From Mobula hypostoma (Eukaryota): 64,000 nucleotides of DNA. This document shows, piece by piece, positions 38,085 through 50,689 of this stretch. The translations under genes and the position numbers were made by a program. The stretch lies in the NCBI RefSeq assembly GCF_963921235.1, contig NC_086097.1, forward strand, positions 194,372,001-194,436,000, given 5' to 3'. Each line of letters starts with the position of its first letter. The first letter of the stretch is position 1. The notes under the pieces are model-generated. The model did not search any database and was not told the origin of the DNA. It saw only the letters and a list, made by a program, of their open reading frames with translations.

Positions 38085-38945
38085 ATGCAATGGCTTCTAC
38101 AGGGCCAACCAAAGGTGTGATTGTCTTTTTAAAAGCTGTTTTTGGATTACAAGACCCTTCTGTATATTAAGAAATTTAAGTAATGCAGGTCTACCCCATC
38201 AGTGAGTTACTCATAGGCAGAGAAACTGAAGGAGCTGGACAGTTCAGATCATGCTGCTGCCTACCTCAATGAGGTGCTGAAGGAGTTGGTGTGCGAAGGC
38301 GTTGTGTAGTCTAATAGTGAGTAATCATCTTAGTCACTTTTCCTCTGATTGCAATACCCTTTTGGACACCGTTAATGAAAAATACTGCAAGTCTGGTCCA
38401 CAGGTTTATAGGCAGCCGGCAGGAGTGAATGGCGGGTGAGCTGTGTGCCCTCGATCATAGTGAGGATGAGGCCTCAAGCTGCGGTGATGCCTCTTATGCC
38501 TGTTTCCCGCCACCCAGGAGAGAGGTGAAGTTGGTGCGTTCCACTGGAGTTGGGGGGGGGGTGTGGTGAGGGGGGGAGCGGCAAGGTGGGGGCGGCGGGA
38601 GGGGGTGGCTGGTGGTGATGTGGTGCCGCATCCAAGCTACGGTCAATGCTGCCCTCTAGTGTTCACTCAGCAAAAGACGACTCACAATGTGTTCGACAGC
38701 AGACTGCTGTAAAGTTCATGGACTCAGGGTCTTGGACTATATTTTTTTGTGTGACAGTATTTTACTGATATCTTGTATGTGCTTGTTATCTTACAGTATA
38801 TGTACTCCAGTATATGTGCCTTGAGCAGTGTATGTCTGTTGGCACTGTGTTTTGCACCCTGGCCTTAGAATAACACTGTTTCCTTTGACTGTGTATTCAT
38901 GTCTATTCATATATGGCTGAATGACAATTAAACTTGAACTTGAAC
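38085..38945 (+). mobile_element. Non-coding retroelement with (CTTGAA)n LINE-like tail
   Basis: Starts AGATGGCAG and ends GAATGACAATTAAACTTGAACTTGAAC. It separates CR1 tail repeats (TAGAACATAGAAC, ~38052-38064) from the CR1 3' UTR at 38945. Confidence 0.6.
38647..38665 (-). promoter_or_regulatory. CTCF-like motif
   Basis: Minus strand TGAACACTAGAGGGCAGCA matches most of the CTCF core CCASYAGRKGGCRS. Confidence 0.45.
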
Positions 38946-39383
38946 AGTACAGCTCAGGAACAGGCCTTTTGGCCCATAATGTTGTGCCGAACCAATTAAA
39001 TTAGTAATCAAATGGCTAACAAAACTAATCTCTTCTGCCTAAATAATGCCAATATCTATTAATTTTCCTTGCATTCCTGTGCCTATCTAAAAGTTTCTTA
39101 AAAGTCTCCAATGTTTCTTCCTCTACCACCACCCCAGCAGCACATTGCAGGCACCCAACACTCTCTGTGTAAAAACCTTGTCCCTCACAACTCCTTTGAA
39201 TTTAACCCCTCTAACTTTAAATGCATGCCCTCTGGTTTTACACATTTCAACTACTGGAAAAATATATTGTCTATCTACTCTATGTATGCCTCTCATTATT
39301 TCCTAAACTTCTATCAGATCTCCGCCCAGCTTCCGCTGCTCCAGAGAAAATGACACATGTCTGTCCAACCTCCAATTATAGCA

Positions 39384-39566
39384 AACACAAAATAACCTGC
39401 AGATGCTGGGGTCAAAGCAACACTCACAACATGCTGGAGGAACTCAGCAGGTCGGGCAGCATCCGTGGACAAGATCGGTCGACGTTTCAGGCCGGACGAA
39501 GGGTTCCGGTCTGAAACGTTGACCGATCTTTTCCATGGATGCTGCCCGACCTGCTGAGTTCCTCCC
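39384..39566. mobile_element. Palindromic mini PLE-terminus insertion
   Basis: 61-bp inverted arms at 39436-39496 and 39505-39565 (4 mismatches); 9-bp TSD ATTATAGCA at 39375-39383 and 39567-39575. Confidence 0.88.
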
Positions 39567-40844
39567 ATTATAGCACATGCCCTCTAATCCATACAGCATC
39601 TTGGTAAACCTCTTCTGCACTCTTTCCGAGCCTTGATATTTTTTCTATAATAGCATGACCAGAACTGTATATAATACTACAGATGTGGCCTAACCAGAGT
39701 TTTGAACTAAATGCCTCGACTAAAAAATGCAAGCATGCCATTTGCCTTCTTAACAACCCTATCAACCTGTGTAGACACAGGGATCTATGAACTTGGATCT
39801 CAAGATCTCACTGCTCATCAACACTGTTAAGGATCTTGTCCTTGACAGTGTACTGTCTCTTTACGTTTGGCCTATTAAGGTGCAACACTTCATATTTGGC
39901 CGGGTTAAACTCTTATCCTGTTGTATTATTTGCAATCATCTATGCTATCCCCAACACCACCGATCTTCGTATCACCCGCACACTTCCTAACCGAACTATG
40001 TACATTTTCATCCAGATCATTTAAATACATCGCAAGCAGCAGAAGTCCCTGTACAGATCCATGCGGAACAACACTTATTTCAGGCCTCCAACTAGAAAAG
40101 TTCCTTTGACTTCCACCCTTTGTCTTCTATGGGCAAGTGAGTTCTGAACCCTAATGGCAAATTCACTTCTGATCCCCTGCATCTTAATCATCTGAATGAG
40201 TTTCCACTGAGGGACCTTGTCAAATATCTTACTAAAATCCATGTAGAGAACATCTACAGCTCTACTGTCATCAATCACCCTTGTCATCTTGCCAAAAAAC
40301 TCAAGCAGGTTAGTAAGACACAACTTGTCTTGTACAAAACCATTCCGGCTTTCCCTAATTAGTTCATGGTTTTCCAAATGTTCCTAAATCCTATCCCTAA
40401 GAATTTGCTCCAGTAGAGATCTCTCCAGTTCTTTCCCTACCACTGACATGAGACTCACCGGTTTATAGTTTCAAGATTATTCCTGGTTACCTTCTTGAAT
40501 AATGGAACAAACTTAACCATTTGCTAGTCCTTTGGGACCTTACCTTAGCTAGAAAGGATGTAAAGATATTGGCAAAGGTCCCAGCAATCTCTTCTCTTGC
40601 CTTCCTCAGTAACTTGAATTATATCCCATCAGGCCCTGGGGACTTACCTACTTTAAAGCTCTTTGAAAGACCCAACACTACCTCCTCCTTTACCTTGAAA
40701 TGCTGTAGTATATCAATATGCTCAGCACTGATCACCCTATCCTTCACATTCTTCTCCTAGGTAAATACTGATGTTACGTACTTATTAAGGACCTCACCCA
40801 CATCAAGTCCAAGTTCAATTTCAAGTTTAATTTTCATTCAAAAA

Positions 40845-41500
40845 TATTGAATTGAATTGACTTTATTACTTACATCCTTCATATACATGAGTAAAAATCT
40901 TTATGTTATGTCTCCATCTAAACGTGCAATGTGCAATTTATAGTAATTTATAATAAATAGTATGTACAACAGAATAGTTATAAATAACGTAGAAATACAG
41001 TTGTGTCAGCATGAATTAAGCAATCTAATGGCCTGATGGAAGAGGCTATCCCAGAGCCTGTTGGTCCTGGCTTTTATGCTGTGGTACTGTTTCTTGTATG
41101 GTAGCATCTGGATGTGGTTGGGGTGACTTAGGTCCCGAATGATCCTTTGGGCCCTTTTTACACACCTGTCTTTGTAAATGTCCTGAAGTTCCCATCTACA
41201 GATCTGTTGGGTTATCCGTACGACTCTCTGCAGAGTCCTGCGATTGAGGGAAGTACAGTTGCCATACCAGGCAGTGATGCATCCAGTCAGGATGCTCTCA
41301 ATTGTGCCCCTATAGAAAGTTCTTAGGATTTGGGGGCCCATACCAAACTTCTTCAACCATCTGAGATGAAAGAGGCGGTGTTGTGCCTTTTTCACCACAC
41401 AGCCTGTATCTACAGACCATGTGAGATCCTCGGTGATGTTTATGCTGAGCAACTTAAACCTGTTCGCCCTCTCAACCCCAGTTCCTTTGATATCAATAGG
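40845..41500 (-). mobile_element. Rex1/Babar 3' fragment
   Basis: ORF 41006-41452: ITEDLTWS...KKAQHRLFHLR...FYRGTIESILTGCITAWYG. Confidence 0.9.
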
Positions 41501-41794
41501 GGCTATATAATGTCAATATATCAATACAGCCAAATGAAACAGCATTTCTCTGGGGCCATGGTGCAAAACACATTGCCAATAGCACCCAGCACACAGCATA
41601 TAACACATCCTCTGCATCAAAGCATATTTACACCCTTTTATCCTTGAGTGGTCCTACCCTCTCCCTAGTTCTCCTCATACTCTGTATGCATGTATAGAGT
41701 GCCTTAGAATTCTCTTTAATCCTACTTGTCAAGGACTTTTCATAGCCCCTCCTTGCTTTCCTAATTCCCTTCTTGAGTTCCTTTCTGACTTCCT

Positions 41795-42676
41795 TTCTGT
41801 CTCCTCTTCCCCCTCGGGGGTGGGCGTTATTCCAGAGTACATTCTTAGCTTCCACTGAGGACCCTCTGCCTGTGCACTGGGCCACTTATTTGCCAGGGAG
41901 GTAAGGGATGATGCCAGCTCAGGACCCTCACTCTTCACTGGGGGATGGGGACTAATTAAACTTTCCAAATCTGACCACTCTTTCCCCTCATTCATCAGAA
42001 ATGATAGAACCCCATCTCTGAAATCTCCGTCTCCAGTTGCGGGCAACTCAGCTTGTGACCTGGCCTGCTGGGCTCACCTCTCTTCCTCCCTGACAGTAGG
42101 GACAGGCCATGGCCCCACCTCACCTGGGTCACCAATAGACACTGGCGGTCTCAGCGCTAGTCTGAATTAAAACAAGGTCTGAGCCCACCATTTTATCAAA
42201 CCTTCATGCTACGATTTCAACTTTGCCAACAGCTTTAACCGTACTCAAATATCGAATTAACAATTCATCTGGGGTACGAATATCCACCCCACTCAAAAAA
42301 AGGGGCCAAATTCAAGGAAAAGTCAAAAGTTCACGCTGGAGCTCACTCAGTAGTCATTCTTCCATCAGCAGTCTCCTCCGAGCATTACCGACCACCGGAC
42401 CCTCAGATTCCAGTCCACTCCATCCAGTGGTCTACCAGTTCTCTCCACACGCGTCTTCCCTTGTCACCTCTCCTCGACAAAAGACCATGAAAAACATCCT
42501 TCCAGATTCACAAGACAGAGCAACAATCTCCGATTGACTAACATGCATACCACAGTCCTGTTATCTCCAGCCATAACCCAAACATTGCTGCGACAGAGAA
42601 ACCGTTACCTCAGCAGCGAACATTACAGAGAAACCATTACATTAGCCTTAGCAGTGAAATATTACAGCACGTTACA
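41795..42676 (-). mobile_element. Gypsy LTR + PNMA-like gag fragment
   Basis: Minus strand begins TGTAAC at 42676; downstream peptide ...KLRMYSGITPTPEGEE resembles the LRxFSG...GEE capsid motif of PNMA-related Gypsy gags. Confidence 0.65.
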
Positions 42677-43934
42677 TTTATAACCCTTAAGGGCTGTTTG
42701 ATTCTATCTTCCAAAGCTTTAGCTACTTACCCCCTTTCTTCTTGACTAAATTCATCACCTTTCTCAACATTCAGGGTTCGCTTACCTTGCTATCCTTGTC
42801 CTTCCTTCTTACTGGAACATATCTGTTCTGTACTCTGTTTGGTTGGTCTTTAAACATCCTCCACATGTCAGACATGGACTTGGCCAAAAACAGCTGTTCC
42901 CAGTTAACTCTCCCTAGTTCCTGCTAATTCTTTCATAATTCGCCCTGGTCCAATTTAACACGCTCCCTCAAGGTCCATACTATAGCTACCTTAAAACTTA
43001 AGGGGTTGTGGTCACTGGTTCCTAACTGTTCACCCACTGAAAGGTTGGCCACCTGGCCAGGCCCATTACCCAACACCAGGTCCAGTACAGCCCCTCCTCT
43101 TGTTGGACTATCTACATATTGCTTTAAGAAACCCTGATGGATGCATCTAACAAATTCTGCCCCATCTAAATCTCTTGCACTCAGAAGGTTCCTGTTTATA
43201 TTAGAGAAGTTGAAGTTTGCCATGACATCTTTTTTTTATACCTTTCCTTAATCTGCCCACATATCTGTTCCTCAACGTCCCAGTGGCTCTTGCGGGGGGT
43301 GGGGTCTGTAGTACAATCCCATCAGAGTGATTGCACCCTTGCTATTTTTGAGTTCTATTCATTTAGAGTAATGGATGAGCTCTCCATTATTTCCTCTCTG
43401 AGTGCAGCTATGATATTGTCCCTGATTAATAGTGCAACACCTCCATCACTTTTAACTCCCTCTGCAGCTTCTCTAAAACATCTAAACTCTGATACATTAA
43501 ACACCCATTTCTGTCCCTCTCTGTAATGGTCAAAACATCATAGGTCCATGTATTGATCCATTCTCTAAGTTCATCACTTTTCACCATAATACACTTAGCA
43601 TTAAAATACACACACTTCAAACTATCCATCACATTGTCACTATTACTTTGCTCCTGTCTGTTTTTACTGGCTCTAACATCTGATTCCTTGTTCAAATCTA
43701 TAGAGCCATAGAATATTATAGGGGATAAACTGGCCCTACCACCCAATTAGTCCATGCTGAGCTATTAATCTACCTAGTTCCATCCATTCATCTATTTACA
43801 TTTCTCTTAAATGTTGAAACCAAACTCTGCATCTATTTCAACATTTAAAATCCATTTCTGCTGGCAGCTCATTCCACACTCTCACAACCCTCTGAGTGAA
43901 GAAGTTCCCCTTATGTTCCTCTTAAACATTTCAC

Positions 43935-45180
43935 TATTCACCCTGAGATTTGAGAAGGAGAAGCTAAAGTCAGATGTATCAGTATTACAGTGGAGTAAAG
44001 GGAATTACAGAGGCATGAGAGAGGAGTTGGCCAGGATTGATTGGAAAAGAACACTGGCAGGGTTGATGGCAGAGCAGCAACGGCTGGAATTTCTGGATGC
44101 AATTCAGAAGGCACAGGAAATATACGTCCCAAGGAAGAAGAAGTATTCTAAAGGCAAGATGACACAACCATGATTAACAATGGAAGTCAAAGCCAACATA
44201 AAAACCAAAGAGAGGGCATATAATAGAGCAAACATTAATGAGAAGTTAGATGATTGGGAAACATTTAAATGCCAACAGAAGGCAACTACAAGAATCATTA
44301 AGAAGGTAAAGATGGAATATGAAAATAAGCTAGCCAATAACATTAAAGAGAATACCAGAAGTTTCTTCAGATACATAAATTGTAAAAGAGGGACAAGAGT
44401 GGATATCGGACTGCTGGAAAACAAGGCTGCAGAGGTAGTAATGGGGGACAACAAAATGGTGAACGAAATGTAGAAGTAATTTGCATCAGTCTTCACAGTG
44501 GAAGATACTAGTTCCAGGTATCAGGGGTCATGAAGTGTGTGAAGTTAACAGTATTAGGGAGAATGTTCTTGGGAAACTGAAAGGTCTGAATGTAGATAAG
44601 TCACCTGGGTTGAATATTTTCCAAATGGAGAGAGAAAGCAAAATTCTGAGGCACAAAAGGATTTGGGAGTGCTTGTGCAGGATTCCCTAAAGGTTAATTT
44701 GCAGGTTGAGTCTGTGGTGAGGAAGGCAAATGGGATGCTACCATTCATTTCGAGAGGACTAGTATATAAAAGCAAGGATGTAATGTTGAGACTTTATAAA
44801 GCACTGGTGAGGCCTCACTTGGAGTATTCTGATCAGTTTTGGGCCTGTTATCTAAGAAAGGATGTGTTGAAACTGGAAGGGGTTCAAAGAAGATTCACAA
44901 AAATGATTCCAGGATTAAATGGCTTGTTGTATGAAGAGCATTTGATGGCTCTCACCCTGTATTTACTGGAATTCAGAAGAATGAGGAGTGATCTAATTGA
45001 AACCTATCAAACGGTGTCAAGGTATCAGAGGACACCGCCTCAGAATAGAGGGGCATAGAGTAGTGAATCAGTAGAATTCATTACCACGGGCATCATTGGA
45101 GACCAAGTCTTTATATATATTTAAGGCAGTGGTTGATAGATTCTTGATTGGTCAGGGCAGGAAGGGATATGGGAAGAAGA
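43935..45180 (+). mobile_element. CR1 LINE, internally deleted
   Basis: WSKGNYRGMREEL, VDKSPG joined directly to the RT C-terminus (RPHLEY...RRMRSDLIETY). Confidence 0.88.
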
Positions 45181-45489
45181 CAGTTTGCAGTTTGTCTTTT
45201 GCACATGGGTTGTTTGTCTGTTCTGTTGGGTATGGTCTTTCATTGTTTCTATTGTGTTCTTGGGATTATTGTGTATGCCCACAAAAAATGAATTTTAGGG
45301 TTGTATATAGTGACATATATGTACTTCAGTAATAAATTTACTTTGAACTTTGAGCTCTGAGTGGCCAACCAATTAATACGAGTTCTGGACACTCTTTCCA
45401 GGAGAAACTTTCTTTATTCCAGGAATACATCAGGTAAGTGTTTGTTGCATTCTAGAACAGGCTTGTGGCTTACAAGGTATTGTCAATTA

Positions 45490-46850
45490 TGATGCCATAT
45501 CATAGTAATCCATTCTGTCCACATGATCTATATACCTCCATATTTATTTGCCTCTCTATATGCCTCCAGAATACTATTATCACATCTGCTTCCACTTCCA
45601 CCCCTGGCAGTGTGCTCTAGGCACCTATCATTCTATGTAAAAAATCTCTCAAGTTTTCCCCCTTTCACCTTACAGCCATGTCCTCTATTATTTGACATTT
45701 CTGCCCCAGGATAAAGATTCTTGCAGACTACATTATCAATACCTCTCATAATTTTGTATTTTTGTCAGATCTCTATTGACTTTGACACTCCAGTGAAAAT
45801 TTATCCTATTTCTTCTTCTAATCTCCGCAGCATCCTGCTTAACATATTCTGCACTTTTTCCAAAGCCTCCACATCCTTCCTGTGATGGGGCAATCAGAAC
45901 TGCATGCAATCCACCTAGTGTAGCCTAGCTGAAGTTTTATATAACTGCATCATGACTGTTTCTTTTTAGTGATGAAGGCAAGTATGTCAAACATATTCTT
46001 CACCAGTATCTACTTGCTTTGCCACTTTCAGTGAGGTATTGCCTTGGACCATAAGGTCCCTCTTTATATCACTGTTGTTAAGACTCCTAACTTTAACTGT
46101 ATACTTTTGTTTTATATTTGACTGCCCCCACTCATAATGGACCACCTCATACTTGCCCAGATTAAGTTCTATCTGCAATATCTCCATCCACTATAATTGA
46201 TCTATATCCTGCTTTGATGGCCTTCTTCACTGTCTGCAACTCCATCAATTTGTGCCATTTGCAAATTTATTAACCAATTCCTATCACAGAGACCCCAACA
46301 CTGCTCTCTGCAGAACACCAATAGTCATAGATTTCCACCCAGGGTAACACATTTACTGTCTTTTTTTATGAGCAACTCATTCTGAATCCAAACTACTAAT
46401 TCTTGGTAGATCCCATACATATTAAACTTCCTGCTCAACCTAATACAAGTTAGTGTCAAATGGCTTTCTAAAGTCCATGTAGAGAGTATGGTCTTCCCTC
46501 CCTTCATCAATCACTTTGATCACATCCACAAAAAACTTAAATAAGTTTGTAAGACATGGCCTGCCTTGCAAAGGCATGTGATTGTCCCTGATTATCACAT
46601 ATTCTTCCAAATGTTTGTAAATTCTATCTCTAAGAATCATCTCAAATAGCTTCCCTACCACTGTTATAATGTTCACATTTCCTGGTTTTGCCCTATTTTC
46701 CTTCAGAAACAGCGAAACAACATTGGGTACTCTCCAATCCTCCAGGGTCTCTCTTGTGGTTAGACAGGATAAAAAGAGTTTCGTCAAGGCCTCAGTGATT
46801 TCTTCTCTTGCTTCTTTCAACAAGCTAGGATAGATCTAATCAGGATCTAT
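45490..46850 (-). mobile_element. Old degraded CR1 LINE
   Basis: LKEAREEITEAL, EDWRVPNVV, LYMDFRKPFD. Confidence 0.8.
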
Positions 46851-47289
46851 CTCAAGTATATTTTTCTTTAGCTAAGAAGGCAAGTCCTGTCCAGAACGTT
46901 CTATGGGAAAGCTCATCAGGGTTCACCAAAAAACTTAACCTTATTACATCAAATTCCTTCATCTAATTCATTGATATAAATTGTTAACAGCTGGAATGGA
47001 AATAGAATTGAACATTCTTCAATCATCAACATATATCACCCTCCTTTTAAAGATACAAAGATTCAAAGGTTTATTTATTATCAAAGTATACAACTCTGAG
47101 ATACTTCTTCTCTGGATAGCCATGAAACCAAGAAAAAGAAGAACGGCAACATGACCATCAACCCTCAAACGCCCCCCCCCACACAAAACACAACAAAACA
47201 TTGACCCCCAAGTTCACTCACCCCACATGAAACATGAAAAGAACACCGGCCTCCAAATTCCTCTTTCCCCACACAATGAAACTAACCAT

Positions 47290-47488
47290 CTCCTTCTACC
47301 TTAGGCCACAAACTTATCAATCACCTCTGCTGTGGACCACTTCTACAAAGAAGGGATCCGTATGCTTCACGACCGCTGGACTGAGTGTGTACATGTAGGA
47401 AGGGACAATGTTGAAAAATAAATATGCTAGGTTTTCTAGAATTGACTCCTTCTGCCTTGGGCCATGAACTTATCAATCACCCCTCGTA
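47290..47488 (+). mobile_element. Mariner-type transposon 3' end
   Basis: FYKEGIRMLHDRWTECVHVGRDNVEK* matches the mariner transposase C-terminus; ends ...ATCAATCACCCCTCGTA (TIR + TA). Confidence 0.8.
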
Positions 47489-47842
47489 AGATAGAGGCAG
47501 GAGAGCTGTTTCCACTAGCAGGTGAGACTAGAATTAGGGGACATAGCCTCAAGATTCTGGGGAGTAAATTGAGGATGGAGCTGAGGAGGAATTGCTTTTC
47601 CTAAAGAGTGGTCAATTTGTGGAATTCTCTGCCCAATGAAGCAGTGGAGGCTACCTCAGTAAGTATATTCAAGACAAGGTTGGATAGATTTTTGCATAGT
47701 AGAGGAATTAAGGGTTATGTGGAAAAGGCATTTAGGTAGAGGTGAGTCCATGGTCAGATCAGCCATGATCTTATTGAATGGCGGAGCAGGCTCGATGGGC
47801 CAAATGGCCTACTTCTGCTCCTATTTATTATGTTCTTATGTC
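47489..47842 (+). mobile_element. CR1 3' end
   Basis: GETRIRGHSLKI... and tail GGCCAAATGGCCTACTTCTGCTCCT. Confidence 0.9.
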
Positions 47843-49514
47843 TAACCAAAAAAAGCAACAAAAACATCAACCCCCTCCCATGCACAAAATGCCACAAGAA
47901 CATTGACCCCAAATCTGCCTCCCTGCACAAAAAAAATTAGAAAGAATGGGCGAAAACACAGAATATAAAAAACTGTAAGACTGAAAAAAAATGTCCATAA
48001 TCCAAGTCCATATCCAAAATGCAGAAAAACCTGGGTAACATCCTCTGGGCATAGCGACAGCCCAGAAAGGCTCCCTTCTCCAGCAGCATAGTGATCCCAT
48101 CAGCGATCAGAAGGCAGGCAGCTGGTGCTCAACGTCCGCATTCGCCTCAACGTTACGATCTCCCTTTTCGCTTTAATCAGCTAAATGGTGTTGAACATCT
48201 CATTATAGAAAGAATGCTGTTAATAAAACAGCTGAAGACTATTGGGCCTTTTGCATTTCACTAAAGAATTTGTGCAGCAATGACTGCAGATTGAGAAGAT
48301 TAACATCCAACTATTACAACCAACTTCTTCCACATAGGCGTGACTCCAACAAGTGAAATTTTGCACCAAGACATCCAGAGATTTCGGCTTTACCAGTCCT
48401 CTTTGATACGATACAAACTCAATCAAATTCAACACTGATTCAAGGGCAGATAATTTAATTTTCTTTCTGAAATTTGGCTCTTTGATCCATGTTGGGATTA
48501 AGTTTATAGTGATGTCTCAGGCTAAGTGATCTTGTCAAAATTCAAGCCATGCATTGGTGATGCCTTCCATCACTTTGTTGTCACCCTGATTGGTAATAGC
48601 CATATTCACTTCCTCCTGCTTCTTATTTTGGTAATGAAATTAGATACTATACTTAAACTGTAGTTTGACTAAAGACCAATACATTTTTTGACATCTTAAT
48701 GCAATTGAAAAGTAGACTTTAGAAAACCCATGTCATAGTGCAGGCTTCTTTCAACAATCATGTTCAAGGAAAATTGGTGGATTGAGTTAGCTAATGGTAT
48801 CATCATTGAACTAGTGTTTTGGCCTCAATGGATCCTTGCATATTTAGTGTAAGAAAGAAGCCAACAACATCATTTAAGGTCGTGTCATATCCTGAAGTCC
48901 ACATAGAATTTATCCAATTGAAGTTTGGTAAGTAGCATGCATGCAGAGAATAAAGTGTTAGCTTTATTGGTCACTTGTACATCAAAGCATATGGTGAAAT
49001 GGATTGTTTGTGTCAGCAAACAACACAGTTCAAGGATATGCTAGGGGCAGCCCGCAAGTGTTAACCTGGTTCCAGTTGCAAAAGAGTATGCCCACAATAT
49101 ACTCAGATATCTTTGGCCTTTTGGAGGATCTGGAGTAAATGCATACGGTCACGGGGAAAACATACAAACTCCATACAGGCAGTGCTGGAATTGAACCTGG
49201 TGTAATAGTGCTATGCTACTTTGCTGCCCAAAATGTTTTTAAAGCCTAGTAGGACTTTATCTAGAATAAGATATATATTAATATTTATACTCTTTTCAAC
49301 TGTCCTCCTACCTTAATTTATCTGAACCATCTAATTATGGAGTAATACAACATAGAAACAGGCTCTTTATCCCACCATGTTCATGCCAGCCATCAAGTTG
49401 GACCAAAAGTTCTGTTTATGTATCTCTATGACTCTATACCCATTTAATCTCTTGCTCCTCACAGCAAGCGTATAGCCTGTGGTCGTTGTTGTCATGGGGA
49501 GAAGTTTCTTGATG

Positions 49515-49860
49515 TTTCATCATCATCAAATGCCATATGATGGCATGATTGTTCTTGGTAAATTTTTCCACAGAAGTAGTTTGCCATTGCCTTCTTCTGG
49601 GCAGTGTCTTTACAAGATGGGTGGCCCCAGCTATTATCAATACTCCTTAGAAATTTTCTGCCTGGCCTCAATGGTTGTATAACCAGGACTTGTGATATCA
49701 CCAGCTGCTCATACAGCCATCCACCACCTGCTCTCCTGGATTCACATGACCTTGACTGGGGGACTAAGCAGGTGCTACACCTTGCCTAAGGGTGACCTAC
49801 AAGCTAGCAGTGGGCAGGAGTGCCTTACACCTCCTTTGGTAGAACGTCTTTTCACTCTGC
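49515..49860 (-). mobile_element. RTE-related non-coding fragment
   Basis: AGAAGTAGTTTGCCATTGCCTTCT motif, as in BovB/RTE-derived termini, with a (CAT)n tail. Confidence 0.5.
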
Positions 49861-50084
49861 CACCTGTCTTACCATATATGCCTCTCATAATTTTATATAC
49901 CTCTATAAAACCTCCCCTCAGCCATTGTCTATTCCAAGGAAAACAAAAATAGCCTATCAAACCTTTCCTCCAAATTGAGACATTTCATTCCAGGGAAAAT
50001 TCTGGTGAACCTCCTCTGCACTGTTTCGTTTCTCTAATGTGCCAACCAGAAGTGCAGTAATATCCTGCAGAGGCCCAACCAGTG

Positions 50085-50372
50085 GGGGAAGTGGGATGAA
50101 GTGAGAGGTGGGAAAGGTAAAGGGCTGATGAAGAAGGAATCAGATAGGAAAGGAGAGTGAACCGTAGGATATTGGGAAGGAGGAGGGCCTCAGAAGAAGG
50201 TTATGGGCAGGTGAGGAGAAAAGAAGGAGTAAGAGGGGTGCCAGAATGGGGAAAGAAAAAAAGAAAGGGGGGTAACAGAAATGAGAGAAATTGATGTTCA
50301 TACCATCAGGTTAAAGGCTACCCAGATGAGATGTTGCTCCTTCTCCCTACGAATAGGCTCATTGTGGCAGTA
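50085..50372 (-). mobile_element. PLE 3' fragment
   Basis: Homologous to 15490-15770 and 26860-26960. Confidence 0.7.
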
Positions 50373-50689
50373 GTGTATTCCTGTATACCCTGCTTATACA
50401 AGGCTTCCTGTGTAAACCTTCTATCGTCATCTTTTATCTCCTAATACTGAGCCTGAATTATAAGCAGTGTGCCAAACTATCTTGAATTCCATGGGCTCTA
50501 ACCTTGTATGGGTTTCTGACAGGTGATGTGAGAAGAAGCTGGGTGTTCTGGTTTGTTCTTGTATCCTATAGATTTGTTGGTCGGTGAATTGACTGTTGTA
50601 CATGACTAATTAGTTTAGCCAAGTGGCAAAGGAACAAAAGGGGGAGTTGATGGCTATGCAAAAGAGAGGAACTGCAAGGGTAAAAAGAC

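Larger units (their letters stand above)
38945..43690 (-). mobile_element. Near-full-ORF2 CR1 LINE broken by three later insertions
   Basis: LKCVYFNAK...WTYDV (~43620), PTRGGAVLDLVLGN...SDH, KELKKGIRKARRG, VLYMDFSKIFDKVP, and 3' UTR at ~38950, all in order. Confidence 0.88.

Noticed and set aside
45402..45439. Apparent microexon TTCTTTATTCCAG|GAATACATCAG|GTAAGT
   Set aside because: The 11-nt and 32-nt options are not frame-preserving, and the context resembles a decayed antisense CR1 segment.
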